Origin: Amoebidium appalachense
Lineage: Eukaryota; Protista; Ichthyosporea
DNA length: 64,000 nucleotides
Assembly (NCBI GenBank): GCA_963693365.1
Contig: CAVNZM010000014.1
Coordinates: forward strand, 186,001 to 250,000
Reading direction: 5' to 3'
Program-made: the position numbers and the translations under genes
Shown: piece by piece, positions 20,280 through 61,371 of the stretch
How the letters are laid out: each line of letters starts with the position of its first letter
Numbering within the stretch: position 1 is the stretch's first letter
The notes under the pieces: model-generated
Database searches by the model: none
Told to the model about the DNA's origin: nothing
What the model saw: the letters and a program-made list of their open reading frames with translations, nothing else

Positions 20280-21401
20280 GTGGCTTGCTCCCCTTTGGTG
20301 GCGACCATGGTAGGCTTGCCCAGTGGTTCACCCCCGAGGTTTTGGCCCGTGTCCCGGAGGTGGCCCGCACCATCACTCGGCTGTCAGTGGGCGACAGCAC
20401 GGAGTCCTCCTACTCGTCCTACCAGCGCCAGTTTATCGACTTCATCTACGCAATGGACTGCCGCAATCCTGATGGTGGCTACCTGCCAGCCTGCCCAGCC
20501 CAAGTGCAGCTGTTCCTTGCCTGGTGCGCCATGCGTGCGGTGCAAGCCCGGACCATGCCCAGCATCGTCTCCGCCGTCAACAGCCTGCACCGCAGCTTGG
20601 GCATGGCACCACCAGCGGGCTCCGGCCAGCAGAGCCTTCAGTGGTTTATCCGCGGGGCTGGCCGCTTCCTGCTGCTGGAAGGCAGCCACCGGCCCAAACG
20701 AGTGCTCGAGCCCCTCCTCCCAGCCGACCTCCGCGCCCTCCTCCCAGTCATCCAACCGGGCTCTTCATTGGAGGCCCTGCGTCTGTGGGCTGCCCTGCTG
20801 CTTGGCAGCTCGTGCCTCCTGCGCTCGGGCGAGTTCACGTCCAAATCTGCGGCCAAGTTCAACCCCCTCCTTCACCCCAAGCGTCGCGACGTCCAGCTCC
20901 TATGGCAGGATGGCCGCCTGATTGGGGCAACAGTCTTCCTGCCGACATCTAAGACCGACCCCACGGGCAAGGGTGTTACCATCCGGGTGCCCGCCTTCCC
21001 GGAGGAGCCTTCCTTCTGTCCAGCAGCCAATCTAGCCCTCTTCCTGGGGGTCTCGTCAACCAGGGCAGGCATCCACCCAGATGCACCCCTGTTCAGCGTC
21101 GACGGCAGCCCTTACCTCAAGAGCACCTTCATCGCCGGTTTCCGCACAGCTCTACACCATGCGGGCTACGACCCCGACCGGTACGCCGGCCACAGCCTGC
21201 GTGCGCATAGGGGGGGCCACTGCAGCTGAGAGAGCGGGCCTACCTGACGCCACCATCAAAGCCCTTGGCCGCTGGGCATCAGACGCATTCATGGTCTACA
21301 TCCGGCTGCCCCACCGCGACGTGCAAGCCTCCATTGCCACCGTCTGGTCACACCAGGGCCTCGCCACGGGACCTTGGGGCGGACCCCCTACATCGCAGTA
21401 G
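20280..21401 (+). pseudogene. Ngaro tyrosine recombinase, frameshifted at the HxLR motif
   Basis: Motifs LLRSGEF, SKTD, CPAANL and GHSLR. After a 4-bp duplication the sequence continues in another frame as IGGATAA..IKALGRWASDAFMVYIR, which carries the catalytic Tyr. Confidence 0.9.
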
Positions 21402-21411
21402 GGGGGCCTTG

Positions 21412-21544
21412 TGGTGCGGGGGGGGCTCATGGCATGGACCCCCCCTGGCGGCCCCCGCCTCGGCCAGCCCCTTGGGTGCAGGCACGACGGCCTGCACTCC
21501 ACGGACACGGGGGGCATGAGGCAAGCACGAGTGAGTGATGTGAA
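21412..21544 (+). repeat. Ngaro direct repeat B1
   Basis: 133 bp, identical by eye to 21935-22067. It abuts A2, recreating the circle-junction sequence. Confidence 0.95.
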
Positions 21545-21820
21545 TGTACGTTTCATATGCGCAGCAGATGAAAGATGTTTCACGGATCACTTCGGGCGCA
21601 GGCAGCCGGGCGGCCCATGACGTCACGGGCCGCGGCGCCAGGCGCAGCCGCAGCGGCGGCTGACATCGGTCTGGCGCAGCGCCTGACGTCAGGCGCCACC
21701 AGCGCCGGTATTTCCGGCGCAGCACACTGCAGATGCAGGCCACCTTCGTTTTCGCCGTGTGCTGCACGTACGGTTTTTGTTAGCACGATTGCGTTTTCGG
21801 TGGCTAGCACACGGCGGCTC
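21544..21820 (+). repeat. Ngaro direct repeat A2
   Basis: 277-bp copy of A1. Confidence 0.95.
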
Positions 21821-21934
21821 CCACCCACCCACCTCTCAGTCTGTATACATGACGGTGTACGTATGCGACTGTGACTGGCTCACAGCCCGATTGCAGCGGC
21901 AATAAAGCATGTCGAGGCGGGGCCCAGCCCCGGC

Positions 21935-22067
21935 TGGTGCGGGGGGGGCTCATGGCATGGACCCCCCCTGGCGGCCCCCGCCTCGGCCAGCCCCTTGGGT
22001 GCAGGCACGACGGCCTGCACTCCACGGACACGGGGGGCATGAGGCAAGCACGAGTGAGTGATGTGAA
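21935..22067 (+). repeat. Ngaro direct repeat B2 (right end)
   Basis: Copy of B1 that ends the element. Confidence 0.95.
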
Positions 22068-22112
22068 AAAAGAAAAAAAATCCTGCCAGGGTCTTCGCGC
22101 CAACAACTTTAA

Positions 22113-22700
22113 CCCCTAGCCGTTCGCCGATGCATTTTTGCATCATTTTCAAAAATAAATGCATCAGCAACCTTCGAAAATATGATAACGCCTGACGCCG
22201 GCGTAATAGTTATGACGCTAGGAATTTCTACCTAACTTAGTATATGTTTTCTACTTTCGAAAAACCAAAAAAACACCGGGATCGACTATGTTTTTCTGTT
22301 TCTCGTGGGTGTTTTGCCTAACTGTATCTATATTTTCATCGAGCGGCCCCCCAATTTTCGAAGGCTGGCGGCAAGAGGATGCCCGGGATTCACGGATTTC
22401 AACCCTGCAATCGATCGGCTGATAAGTGCATCAATCCGATTTCCTAAGATCTTTACGGGGGTTCATATTACGTAACTGTCTTGAAAGAAACCCCGCCGCG
22501 GTTGGCAAAATCGACAGAAATCACGTGTTCATAACACGTGCGGACACATAGGAACACGCCGGTTTTTTTTTTTCTGGGACACAACGAAAGACACTATGTA
22601 CATGTGCTTGGTGCATTTATGTCCACTTTGGCCGCATCTAATGATTTTTTTCTGTTTTTCAAAGCTGGTCGATTTTGGCCTCCGGGCGAACGGCTCGGGG
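22113..22700. mobile_element. Non-autonomous piggyBac-type DNA transposon (588 bp)
   Basis: TTAA|CCCCTAGCCGTTCGCC ... GGCGAACGGCTCGGGG|TTAA: 16-bp TIRs (15/16 match), CCC termini and TTAA TSD. No transposase. Confidence 0.85.
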
Positions 22701-22861
22701 TTAAGATAACAACGATAAATTATTCATTAACTCACACATCATGCGCACGCACGCACTCGTGCATGCGCCTCCACGTGCACACACACCTGCACTAGTTAAC
22801 GTTAACTGTACACACATGAACCTCACCGGGAGGAGAGGTGCGTGCATACAGGGAGAGCCGG

Positions 22862-22895
<34 letters not shown>

Positions 22896-22922
22896 TAGGG
22901 TCACGGTGACCCACCATACACG

Positions 22923-22959
<37 letters not shown>

Positions 22960-24086
22960 TTTCTCCTCAACCCATCAAGGGGGCGAAGTGGGTTCAAATA
23001 CATATGCTCCTATAGTAGTTACCCATCCCCCCATCCCCTCCCCCCTCCCCCCCCTCCCCCCCCCCCCCCCTCCCCCTCCAACACACACACACACACGGGA
23101 CCGCCGCCCGGCCCCGCCCTCCACATGCGGTGACGCACGTTGCAAATTGAAGTGCACTCAAATCCCAACAATCCGTGGCCGCCTCTTATTATATCACGTG
23201 GCATGCCAGTTGGTCATAGTGCGCATGCTTCCCGTGCCCTTTGAATCGACGTCCACCTATGTGTTATAAATCGACGAGTTTGAATCCTGCATCTGGCGCA
23301 CAGCTGTGGACGATTGCAAAGCCCCCCCCCCCCTCTTTCCCGCCACAATTAAAAAAAAAAAAAAAAAAAAAACGAAATAAAAAGAGAAAGAACAATCCCG
23401 CCCCTAAAACAAAAAACAAGGAAAATACACCGCCTAACTCACCAAACACACACACATGGATATGTACAACGGAAAACCATACACACGCACCATTTCCCGA
23501 TCCCCACAGCTGCACATATCAAATGTACGTACACACATACAAACACGTACACCTGGCAACACCGCCACCACACAGCCAAATACACACAACCACCCCAATC
23601 CCCCACACCGTGCTCTTCTTTGCCCTTCCATCGAAACTTCCATTCTCACTCCCCACCTGCATCGGGTTCCTTCTTCAAATTGTCCCTTAAACGCGTGCAT
23701 TGGTATTATTAAGGTCTATGTCGGTAGGTCGCGGATCAACATTATATTCAAGCCATTGTGACGTCATTATGACGTCAACATGTGCAGGCGTCACCGACTT
23801 GCACCATCCGGGGTATGTATGCCCGGCATCCACTACCAAGTTCACCAAGCGCAATGATTGGTTTTGCCCATTTATGGCATTATAATTTTTATTTTATTTC
23901 TTTAAAGGCATTTGCCATACAATGTGCCATTACAATGCGCCATCGTTGCATGCCGACACAGTCATTAAGGGCAACGCATTATAACCCTCCACAATTCTGT
24001 GCACTGCTGTACATCGATTCACTCATCCATTCATGCATCATATGTGTGCATATCACAATAGGGTGCTTGGTTTGGCACGTAATAGG

Positions 24087-36182
<12,096 letters not shown>

Positions 36183-37449
36183 GGCTAAAACTAGAATATA
36201 GGAAACTAGAGGGTTAGGCCTAGTTGTTAGCAGGTAAGGAACTGAGGGGGTGAGGTAAAGCTATGGTGAAAGGAGAAAAACGGGCGGTGGGAATGACTCA
36301 CACAGCCTGTGGCACATGTGACTTGCCTAATAGGGCGGTCATAAGCAATGGTAAGCCGCTAAAGATGATTGGATAAGAGATGCAAGTGATCCTGGGCTGT
36401 CGTAAATGCAAAATATGGCATTTATGTATGCAAAACCAAAAGCTATTTAATTGTCTACTGCTCATAGCTGTTACTGCTGCTGCAATATCCGCTTTAAACG
36501 AACATCCTCTGGCATTTGAGAGAGGAAGGACCTGGAAGGTTCTCGGAGACTCGAGCCGAGTCTGCGCAGCCAGTTCGTTTGAAACGTTCAGTAAAGACTA
36601 CTAGTCATCTATTGGTTTATTGTCATGCATATAGATTATCACATTCATGCCATTTTACAGGGAATGTTTGAAGGGCCCTTCCTATTTGTCAAAAGTCTTG
36701 TAAGGCAATGCCAAATATTTGTTTACCCGATAAGGCAACTTATATACTTTATTTGGTTATAAAGTTACTGATTGGTTCACAACTGAGCCAGTCGGTGAAG
36801 CGTGACGTTGATACCACAACATTCCTGCTGGCCTTTGTGTGCATGTTTGCTGTGCTTCTGCACACAGTCAGCATCCTCTGCCACATGTCCATTTTCTTCT
36901 TTTTCTGGCGTTTCAAACTTTCAACTACTAGCTATTATGCATGGTGCACAAGGCTAGCAATAGTGTTTTTTGTGTGTATGAATGTGTGCTATTTTTTTTT
37001 GCTTCCAGTACATGCACAGACCTGCTCCTTTGTGCATTTCCTTGTAGCTGTGCACGTACATGGGGTGGACCACACCCCTGTTCTCTCTCACATGGCTTCC
37101 AAAGCTCACCGTTAATTACTCGTGTCGCTGACAGGGATGGTTCCGGCAGAAGCGCCATTCCGATCACTTAAGTGTTGCTATTTCTTATATGCCCTAGCTT
37201 TTGTATGATTGGCGTGAATGGCTCATTTGTTGCCAACTTCACCAACCCCGAGCTGGCTACCCAGACAGGCAGCCCAATACTCCATCCAATAAGCATGATA
37301 ATAAACCCGTCTGCATAATTTTTCTGTCTTGGCACTTAACGTTGGCCCATCATGGCACAACCAGCCTCACTGTTAACCCCCCACCCACCTCCCTCTTTCA
37401 ACCCAAATCAACTTGAGTCCGCATGCACCACATCAACCCACGCAATAGG

Positions 37450-44870
<7,421 letters not shown>

Positions 44871-45530
44871 CCACGTTCACACCCACGACCACGTGCATCA
44901 CACCAGCCCCACCGCCGGTGTTGTGTTCTAATTGGTCCGTACCTTGCGAATGTGAGTTCTATTCACCAATCACGTGTTTGCACGAATTCCACGGCAACAC
45001 CAAGCCCGCCAAGATGTGGTTCTTGTGGCGTAGTGATGTTTTGACCGGGTTAGTGTGCCTAACTCGGTGTGCCATGTACGTTGTGTAACATGTTTTCATT
45101 TGCTACGAGTAGAGGGGTTGTGTTCTGTAGCCGTAACTGCCGCACCAGGCTGTAAAAAGGGTTAAATCTGTAATTTGTAGCCACTATCTGTGTGGTTGCA
45201 GACTGCGCAAGATCCAATGAGTAGCTTTTATATTCGTATTTCTAGACTTCAATAACAGGTCACTGCTCGCAGTTGTGCGGGTGAAATAAACCTTCTAAGG
45301 TCTGGTTCTAATAAATGCAACCTAGCATCCTCGGTGCATCCGAGATATTTTCTGTCCCCTTAACGACCATGGGGGTATAATCCCCCCCCCCCCCCCCCCC
45401 CCTTCCCCGCACGCCTTCTGCACACCCTACACCCTTTGGCTTCGAAGTACGGCATACATCATGTACACAAACGTGGAGAGGGACAAGTGCTACAGCCACA
45501 CACGCGTCGAAGATTCGCGCCGCGTGCCCG

Positions 45531-45579
<49 letters not shown>

Positions 45580-45984
45580 ACCAGAGCAAATGCCAATCAC
45601 ATTTTGCTTCTCAATATAGAGGAAAACGCCTTTGGAAATCCTGGAAAAGTCAGATATTTTTCTCTGGGACATTCTAGTAAATGACTTGGTGGTTGTCTAA
45701 CATGTACAGTGCTTGCTGTGAACCCATGTGCTTATGTTCACTGTTCGACGAATTAAAAAATACGGGGACACTACTCATAAATAAATCACCCATATGTGAC
45801 ACGTGCATTCAAGCAGCATAGAAGCTTGCCATCGCCCACACAGGTAAATTAAACCAGAAAGAAAGTACCTGTATTTAGTCTGAGATCTATCAGAAGGTCC
45901 ATCCCGGGTTTTCGGGTACTTACACAAAGATCACACGTTGACACACGTAGCCCCCTTTCCCCGTCCCCCCCTCCCCACCCCCCC

Positions 45985-46080
<96 letters not shown>

Positions 46081-46200
46081 CCAGTATCAGATCTAGACAC
46101 AGGCGTATACAATTAGACCATGCCTGTGTCCCCCCCCCCCCCCTCCAACCCCTCTCCCCCCCCTCCCCCTCCCTCCCCTCCCCCCCCCCCCCCCCCCCCT

Positions 46201-46249
<49 letters not shown>

Positions 46250-47080
46250 TGATCGTAACCCGTTGATAAATAAATCATTAGACTAAAAGTAAAACAATAT
46301 TTCTGCTTTTCTTTTATTGTTTTACAAATCATAAAAAATGTATGATAATTTGAGAACGACATTCGCCTATGGCTTCTTGTTGTCGTTTTTTATTTTTTTA
46401 TTTTTTTTTTACGAGTTATAGTGGAGGATCCTCCCGCCCCGAAGCAATATGATACTGGCATAGTATATATTGCTTGTGCTTGCATTCGAACAACCCAAAG
46501 CTAAGTTCGAACAACTTTCTGAAGAGAAAATCGTAGTGTAGGCTACATCCCGTTGTTGCAATACACCTTAGCACGGCTTCTCTAAGACACAGCACAATAT
46601 ACCTACGGTCAACTGCCAGTCCGAGAAGACCATCATAGTGTTACAGTAATGCATATTGCAAGACGGTAGGTAGCCCAGTTCAAACGAATACATGTAACCC
46701 TCGGGCATACGTAAAACCGGGATTTCTCTCAAAAAATTGCACGTGGTATGTGGTGAATTTCATTTAGCACGCACACACAGTGTGCAAGCCCTCCCATGCC
46801 ATCCCTGGCAATCACACGTTCAGCCCAGCTACACATTGACTTGCATGTTGCTAGAAATCTTCGTGGTCCAGTAGTTGGTACTGGTGCCACTACGTATACT
46901 AATAGTTCTATAGCTAACTCGGCTCAGGAAATTTCCTGCACTCAATTTCACCCGGGCGCATTGGCCCGTGCGCTAGACTCCAAGACACCACATGAAATTG
47001 CCCGAGGTTTCCTTGAACCCACACATTGAAGTTCAAAGAACATTTTCTAACCCTATCCACTTGAAGTACTATCACCAGGA

Positions 47081-47656
47081 TCACAAAACGGCACTCCACA
47101 CAACCACGGTGCCCACAGCCACCAACGCCCACGGGTCCACCCCGTTAGCACGTGCACCACTTCCATTTCCGGTGGCAGCTGCTCCCGCCGCCTGGCAGTC
47201 AGCCCCGGTCGTAACTTGCTGAAACAGACTTGTGCATCCTGTGCTTGTGGCGCTAGCAACCGTGCCACGTGCAAAGCTGCACGTGAAGTGTGATGTCTTT
47301 GCACATTCTGTGAACAAGGAGTTACTTTCACATGAAACCTTGACCAATTCCTCCCCATCTGGGCACTCGTCGCAGTGGCGCGCTGCACACGTGTCAGGGA
47401 TGCACGTGTTATTCAGATACTTTGACCCGCACACCTTTCCCTCCTCACAGTAGCCGCTTCCACACGCGTTTTGGGGTTTCTCACACGGCGTCTCTGTTCC
47501 CGTGAAACTGAAGCACCTCCCACTGTCGCACGTGTATCCGGGTGGGGCACAGAGGCTACCACACAGTATGCCCATGCCACAGTCTGGTGTGCCTGTGGAT
47601 GCAGCAACGTGGATCAAAGCTAGCACAAGCGGAGAGATTGCACGTGGCCTTGCCAT
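47081..47656 (-). CDS. Secreted cysteine-rich protein, probably GPI-anchored, single exon
   Basis: 191 aa with an N-terminal signal peptide, many Cys, a small-residue spacer and a hydrophobic C-terminal tail (WALVAVGTVVVWSAVL). Confidence 0.75.
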   Translation of the reverse strand: MARPRAISPLVLALIHVAASTGTPDCGMGILCGSLCAPPGYTCDSGRCFSFTGTETPCEKPQNACGSGYCEEGKVCGSKYLNNTCIPDTCAARHCDECPDGEELVKVSCESNSLFTECAKTSHFTCSFARGTVASATSTGCTSLFQQVTTGADCQAAGAAATGNGSGARANGVDPWALVAVGTVVVWSAVL

Positions 47657-48709
47657 TTTGGTTGAAGTATCTGACTCAGAGTGTTAACGTTCAGTGGTTA
47701 CAAGAATTCAGCGCAAGTTAAACGCTGTTTATCTATAGTGCAACCACAAGCAACTATAAGGCTGTAAACAGGCGATGTTTGTGCTTGTCGTGCGTTTATA
47801 AAAGCCACCGGGGAGAGAAAGAGTCACCATGTTTGGACCAACCTGCTATCAGCCACTTGCCCGCCTTTTTCGCCAACATCAATATTGATGCTAATCCCAA
47901 ATCCCGGCCTAGGCACCAGACTAGGGTTGGCTCAAACTGAGGCTACCGACTGGATTATGTACAGTATGATGGTTTTTATGTACATATGTACATTCTTTTT
48001 ATACATTAGCCCCAATATTGGGTTTTTGGAACACATGTTGGTGGCCCTTCCACGTATGTACAGCTAAAGCTGCAGGTGGCCGAAGAAAAACAAGTGCGGA
48101 ACAAGCTCAGTGGCGGGATATCCCGGATCCTTCGGTGAGTCACGGCGAGCTGGAGCAAAGATTTGGAGCATGCTGATTGGTGGTTAACACTTGCGCACTT
48201 GCCATATATGGTTTGTTTGTGGATTGCAGAAAACACCTGCTATATATGGAAGGTATTTTGGCCAATCAAAACGCCAATTACTTGTTTTCAAAATCATTCA
48301 AGCGTTTACAGCGAGCAAGCAACAAGGTGGACAAAAGGAAACTTTGAAAACACGGGAGTCTCGAAACACAGGCACAAAGAGAGTGGGGTGTAGGAACGTT
48401 TAGATATATGAATTCGTGGTGATAAGCATACAGAAGAGCAGGAACTGTAGCGTAGTAAGTAGGCAGGAACTTCGGAGTGCACGTGAGCATTCAATGGTGG
48501 CATTTGGACATCAGATCTTGACCGTGTTGTCGGCAGGAAAGAGAAGCGGATTCACCAAACCTACTCAAGAATGCTTGTATAAAGCAGAGGAAGAACTCAA
48601 GGGGAAAAAGAAGGAAAAAAGACGGAAAAATAAGCGGTAACCTTTTGATCCACTCGTGTGAATTAGCACACCCTTACCGCTCTTGTCTTATGGTACTAGA
48701 CATCTCAAC

Positions 48710-58616
<9,907 letters not shown>

Positions 58617-58624
58617 GGTTAAGG

Positions 58625-58780
58625 GGTCAGTATGTGTTTGTATGTATGTTTATGGTTTATATTAGAGGATTATGTAGTTATGGTGGGTTAAGGGTTTTGT
58701 CGGTGTTTGTATGTATGTATATGGTTTATAATAGATGGTTGGATTATACGTAATAATGGTTGGTTACGGTGTGAATGTGT
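58625..58780. repeat. Degenerate ~70-bp tandem repeat just after the stop codon
   Basis: GTGTTTGTATGTATGT.TATGGTTTATA.TAGA...GGATTA..TA.T.ATGGT.GGTTA.GG occurs about twice. Confidence 0.55.
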
Positions 58781-59929
58781 GTGATGTAAGGGTAATCGTA
58801 TGGGCTGTTGTTCTGTCAGCCACACAATATATGAAAAAATGTGCATTTACCACCAGAGTTTTTATTTGGGTGTCTTTTCTGTTTCTTCTTTCGCTTACTT
58901 TTATGCTCGAATTTGAAGTCCAACCAGCAGCACACACATGCATGCAGCATTGCCCACACTACACTCCTTACACATACATATACATGCCACCGAATTTTCA
59001 ACCCCTAAGGTCAGCCCTTAGATGACTATGTATATTCCAATGGCATGCCCTATGTTGTGAGCACAGAAGTGTGTGCCCACACAGATCATGCAGCAGACTG
59101 AGTGTGAACGTGTGATAGTATATTCACCCATTGAATAACACTGTTTATTTGAAACAAGTGAATTTGTACTGCCGTTTGTCTACCCCCCCCCCCCCCCCCC
59201 CTCCCCGTCCGTTCCTTCCCATTGCTCTTCCCATCCCGGTCTCCCCTCTAGGCCCACTTCATTAAATGTGCACTTTATAATTTAGCACTGTGTGCGTAAT
59301 TGTTGGCAATGTTGCACACGCGTGTTACAAGTGCGCGTTACCAGCGAGAAGTCATGTGTGTGTGCGTGTGTGTGTGTGTGTGTGCCTGTATGTACATTTA
59401 CATGCGTGTGGGTGCTTGTGTTGAGATGGAGAGGGGGGAGGTGTGTGTACGTGTGATATGTGGGCGCACGTGTTATGTGTGTATGCATGTGTTGCATGTA
59501 TGTACGGGTGCACTGTGTGGGTTTTGCAATCACAAGCGGCTTGGTTTATCTCTTCCCCGTCGGAGTAGTTTACCCTCGTTTTCGGGAATAATTCGGGCAT
59601 TTTGGAATAATCGTGCAATACCCATGAACTTGAATTACCACATACTTCATGCCTTTACTTGAGAAGCAGCATCCGTGTGTGCATTTTACCCACACTACCC
59701 AGATTTCTTTTCACCTCCCAATTCAGCCAACTACCATAAAAAGGAATGATCACAGACCCCATTCTTGATGATCCAGATGGCTCGCTATGAACATTTAAAT
59801 AGCCACTATTCCGGACGATGGGCGCCTATGAAATACACAGGCGCAAAAGACCCACAAAGGCAGGGCTTGCAGAGCGGTGGCTAAATGTGATCCGAGCAGC
59901 CCGGAAGGCAGGGGGCAGGAAGAATGTGT

Positions 59930-59960
<31 letters not shown>

Positions 59961-60717
59961 GGGGGGAGGGATGGGGGGAGGGGCGAGGGGGGGAGGGGGG
60001 AGGAGAGCTCTAGAGAGGGTGCAGCACACACAGCCACGGAGGGTGAGTGGATGGGTGACCTGGGGTTCTTGAGTGGGCCGAGTATGTGTAACAGGACGCT
60101 GATAGGTGAGTTGTCACGGGGTGGTGGTGGTGGTGGTGGTGGTGGGGGGGGGGGGGGTGGGGGGGGGGGGGGGGGGGGGGGGGGGGGTACCAGTGCTCAC
60201 ACTCCTCCTGCGCCCACCGAGATATGTGCTTATGCCCCTCACATCCATCGAGCTCCCTCTCTGAGTTGAAGGGTGGCCACCGGTGCACCACTTTTAAAGT
60301 TTGCCTTAAAAGTTCTAAGAACGCAGATATCCTTGACCTCCCCCCCCCCCCCTTTCCTTCCCCTTCCCCCCCCCCCCCCCCCCCCCCCTCTCTGAGGGAG
60401 GGGGGGGGAGACACTCAAAGTAGCCGAAAGGATCCTCGAGGGAACAAATTGGGCAATGCATCCTCTTCTATCCTAGTTGCGAGGCCTATTTAATATCCCC
60501 CCCCCCCCCCCCCCCCCCTCCTCCTTCCCCCTACCCCCCCCCCCCCCCCCCCCCTCCTAAACACACACGCACACACACAAGACTTTTGCTTCCGCGCTCC
60601 AGACAAGGCCAGTTGAAGGGTATCAAGGGTGCTACCCGTTGTTGGCCAGGGAGCCATGTGCTGGACCAGCAGATATCATAGGAGGAGCTGTGTTGCTATA
60701 TTCGGTGTATTAGGTGT

Positions 60718-60749
<32 letters not shown>

Positions 60750-60928
60750 CCTTGTTCTTCATATCTGCTAACGTCCAAATCCATTTGCGTGTCCAAGTCC
60801 TTGGTCAACAAAAAAGTTGCACAGGCTAGCTGCCGGTCCGCGAGATAGGAATAATCTGTGTTGATACTGTGCATTGTCAAAACAACCCTTTTGTCAAGCA
60901 CAAGGTGGCCTCACATACAGAAGCAAAT

Positions 60929-60980
60929 CCGGAGCTTTTCCCGGAGCTTTTCCCGCATTCGGACAGTGCATTTCAAAAAG
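60929..60980 (+). pseudogene. Relic of a related Ngaro pol
   Basis: Encodes ELFPHSDSAFQ versus ELFPHPDSAFQ in the 17700-19580 ORF, with mostly synonymous DNA differences. Confidence 0.5.
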
Positions 60981-61371
60981 GTTCCGAAAATAGACGCACG
61001 AATCTCGATATGATTTTTTATCCCGTGTTTACCCGGTGCCCCACCGCACAGCGGGGGGCTAGACTAAACTGCCTAGTGACCAGCACCGCCAGTTGAGGAA
61101 TAAATTGCAACATACTCATAATAATGTTCTAATACAGTCAACGATAGCTGGCTGGCTGCAGGACCAGTGGAATAATGATACGGGCAAAAAGAAAATACTA
61201 AGATATTCAAGGAGTGGTGTACCAATGACATGCCGCTGAGTCACATGGATTAAAGGATCAGAAAAATAAGGGGCTAAATAACACAGTAACACAATGCCAT
61301 TAAATTCCCCTTGCCCACACCCACTAATGGGTGCTAATCTTGGAAGGGTCTCACAGAACAACCACACAGGC

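Larger units (their letters stand above)
16391..22067 (+). mobile_element. Ngaro-type (DIRS order) tyrosine-recombinase retrotransposon, full length, with split direct repeats
   Basis: Order is A1 (16391-16678), gag, RT/RNase H, YR, B1 (21412-21544), A2 (21544-21820), spacer with AATAAA (21901), B2 (21935-22067). No TSD and no methyltransferase domain after RNase H. Confidence 0.93.

Noticed and set aside
21412-22067. LTR pair or assembly duplication
   Set aside because: The A1..B1-A2-B2 layout with RT, RNase H and YR is the known split-direct-repeat structure of Ngaro elements.
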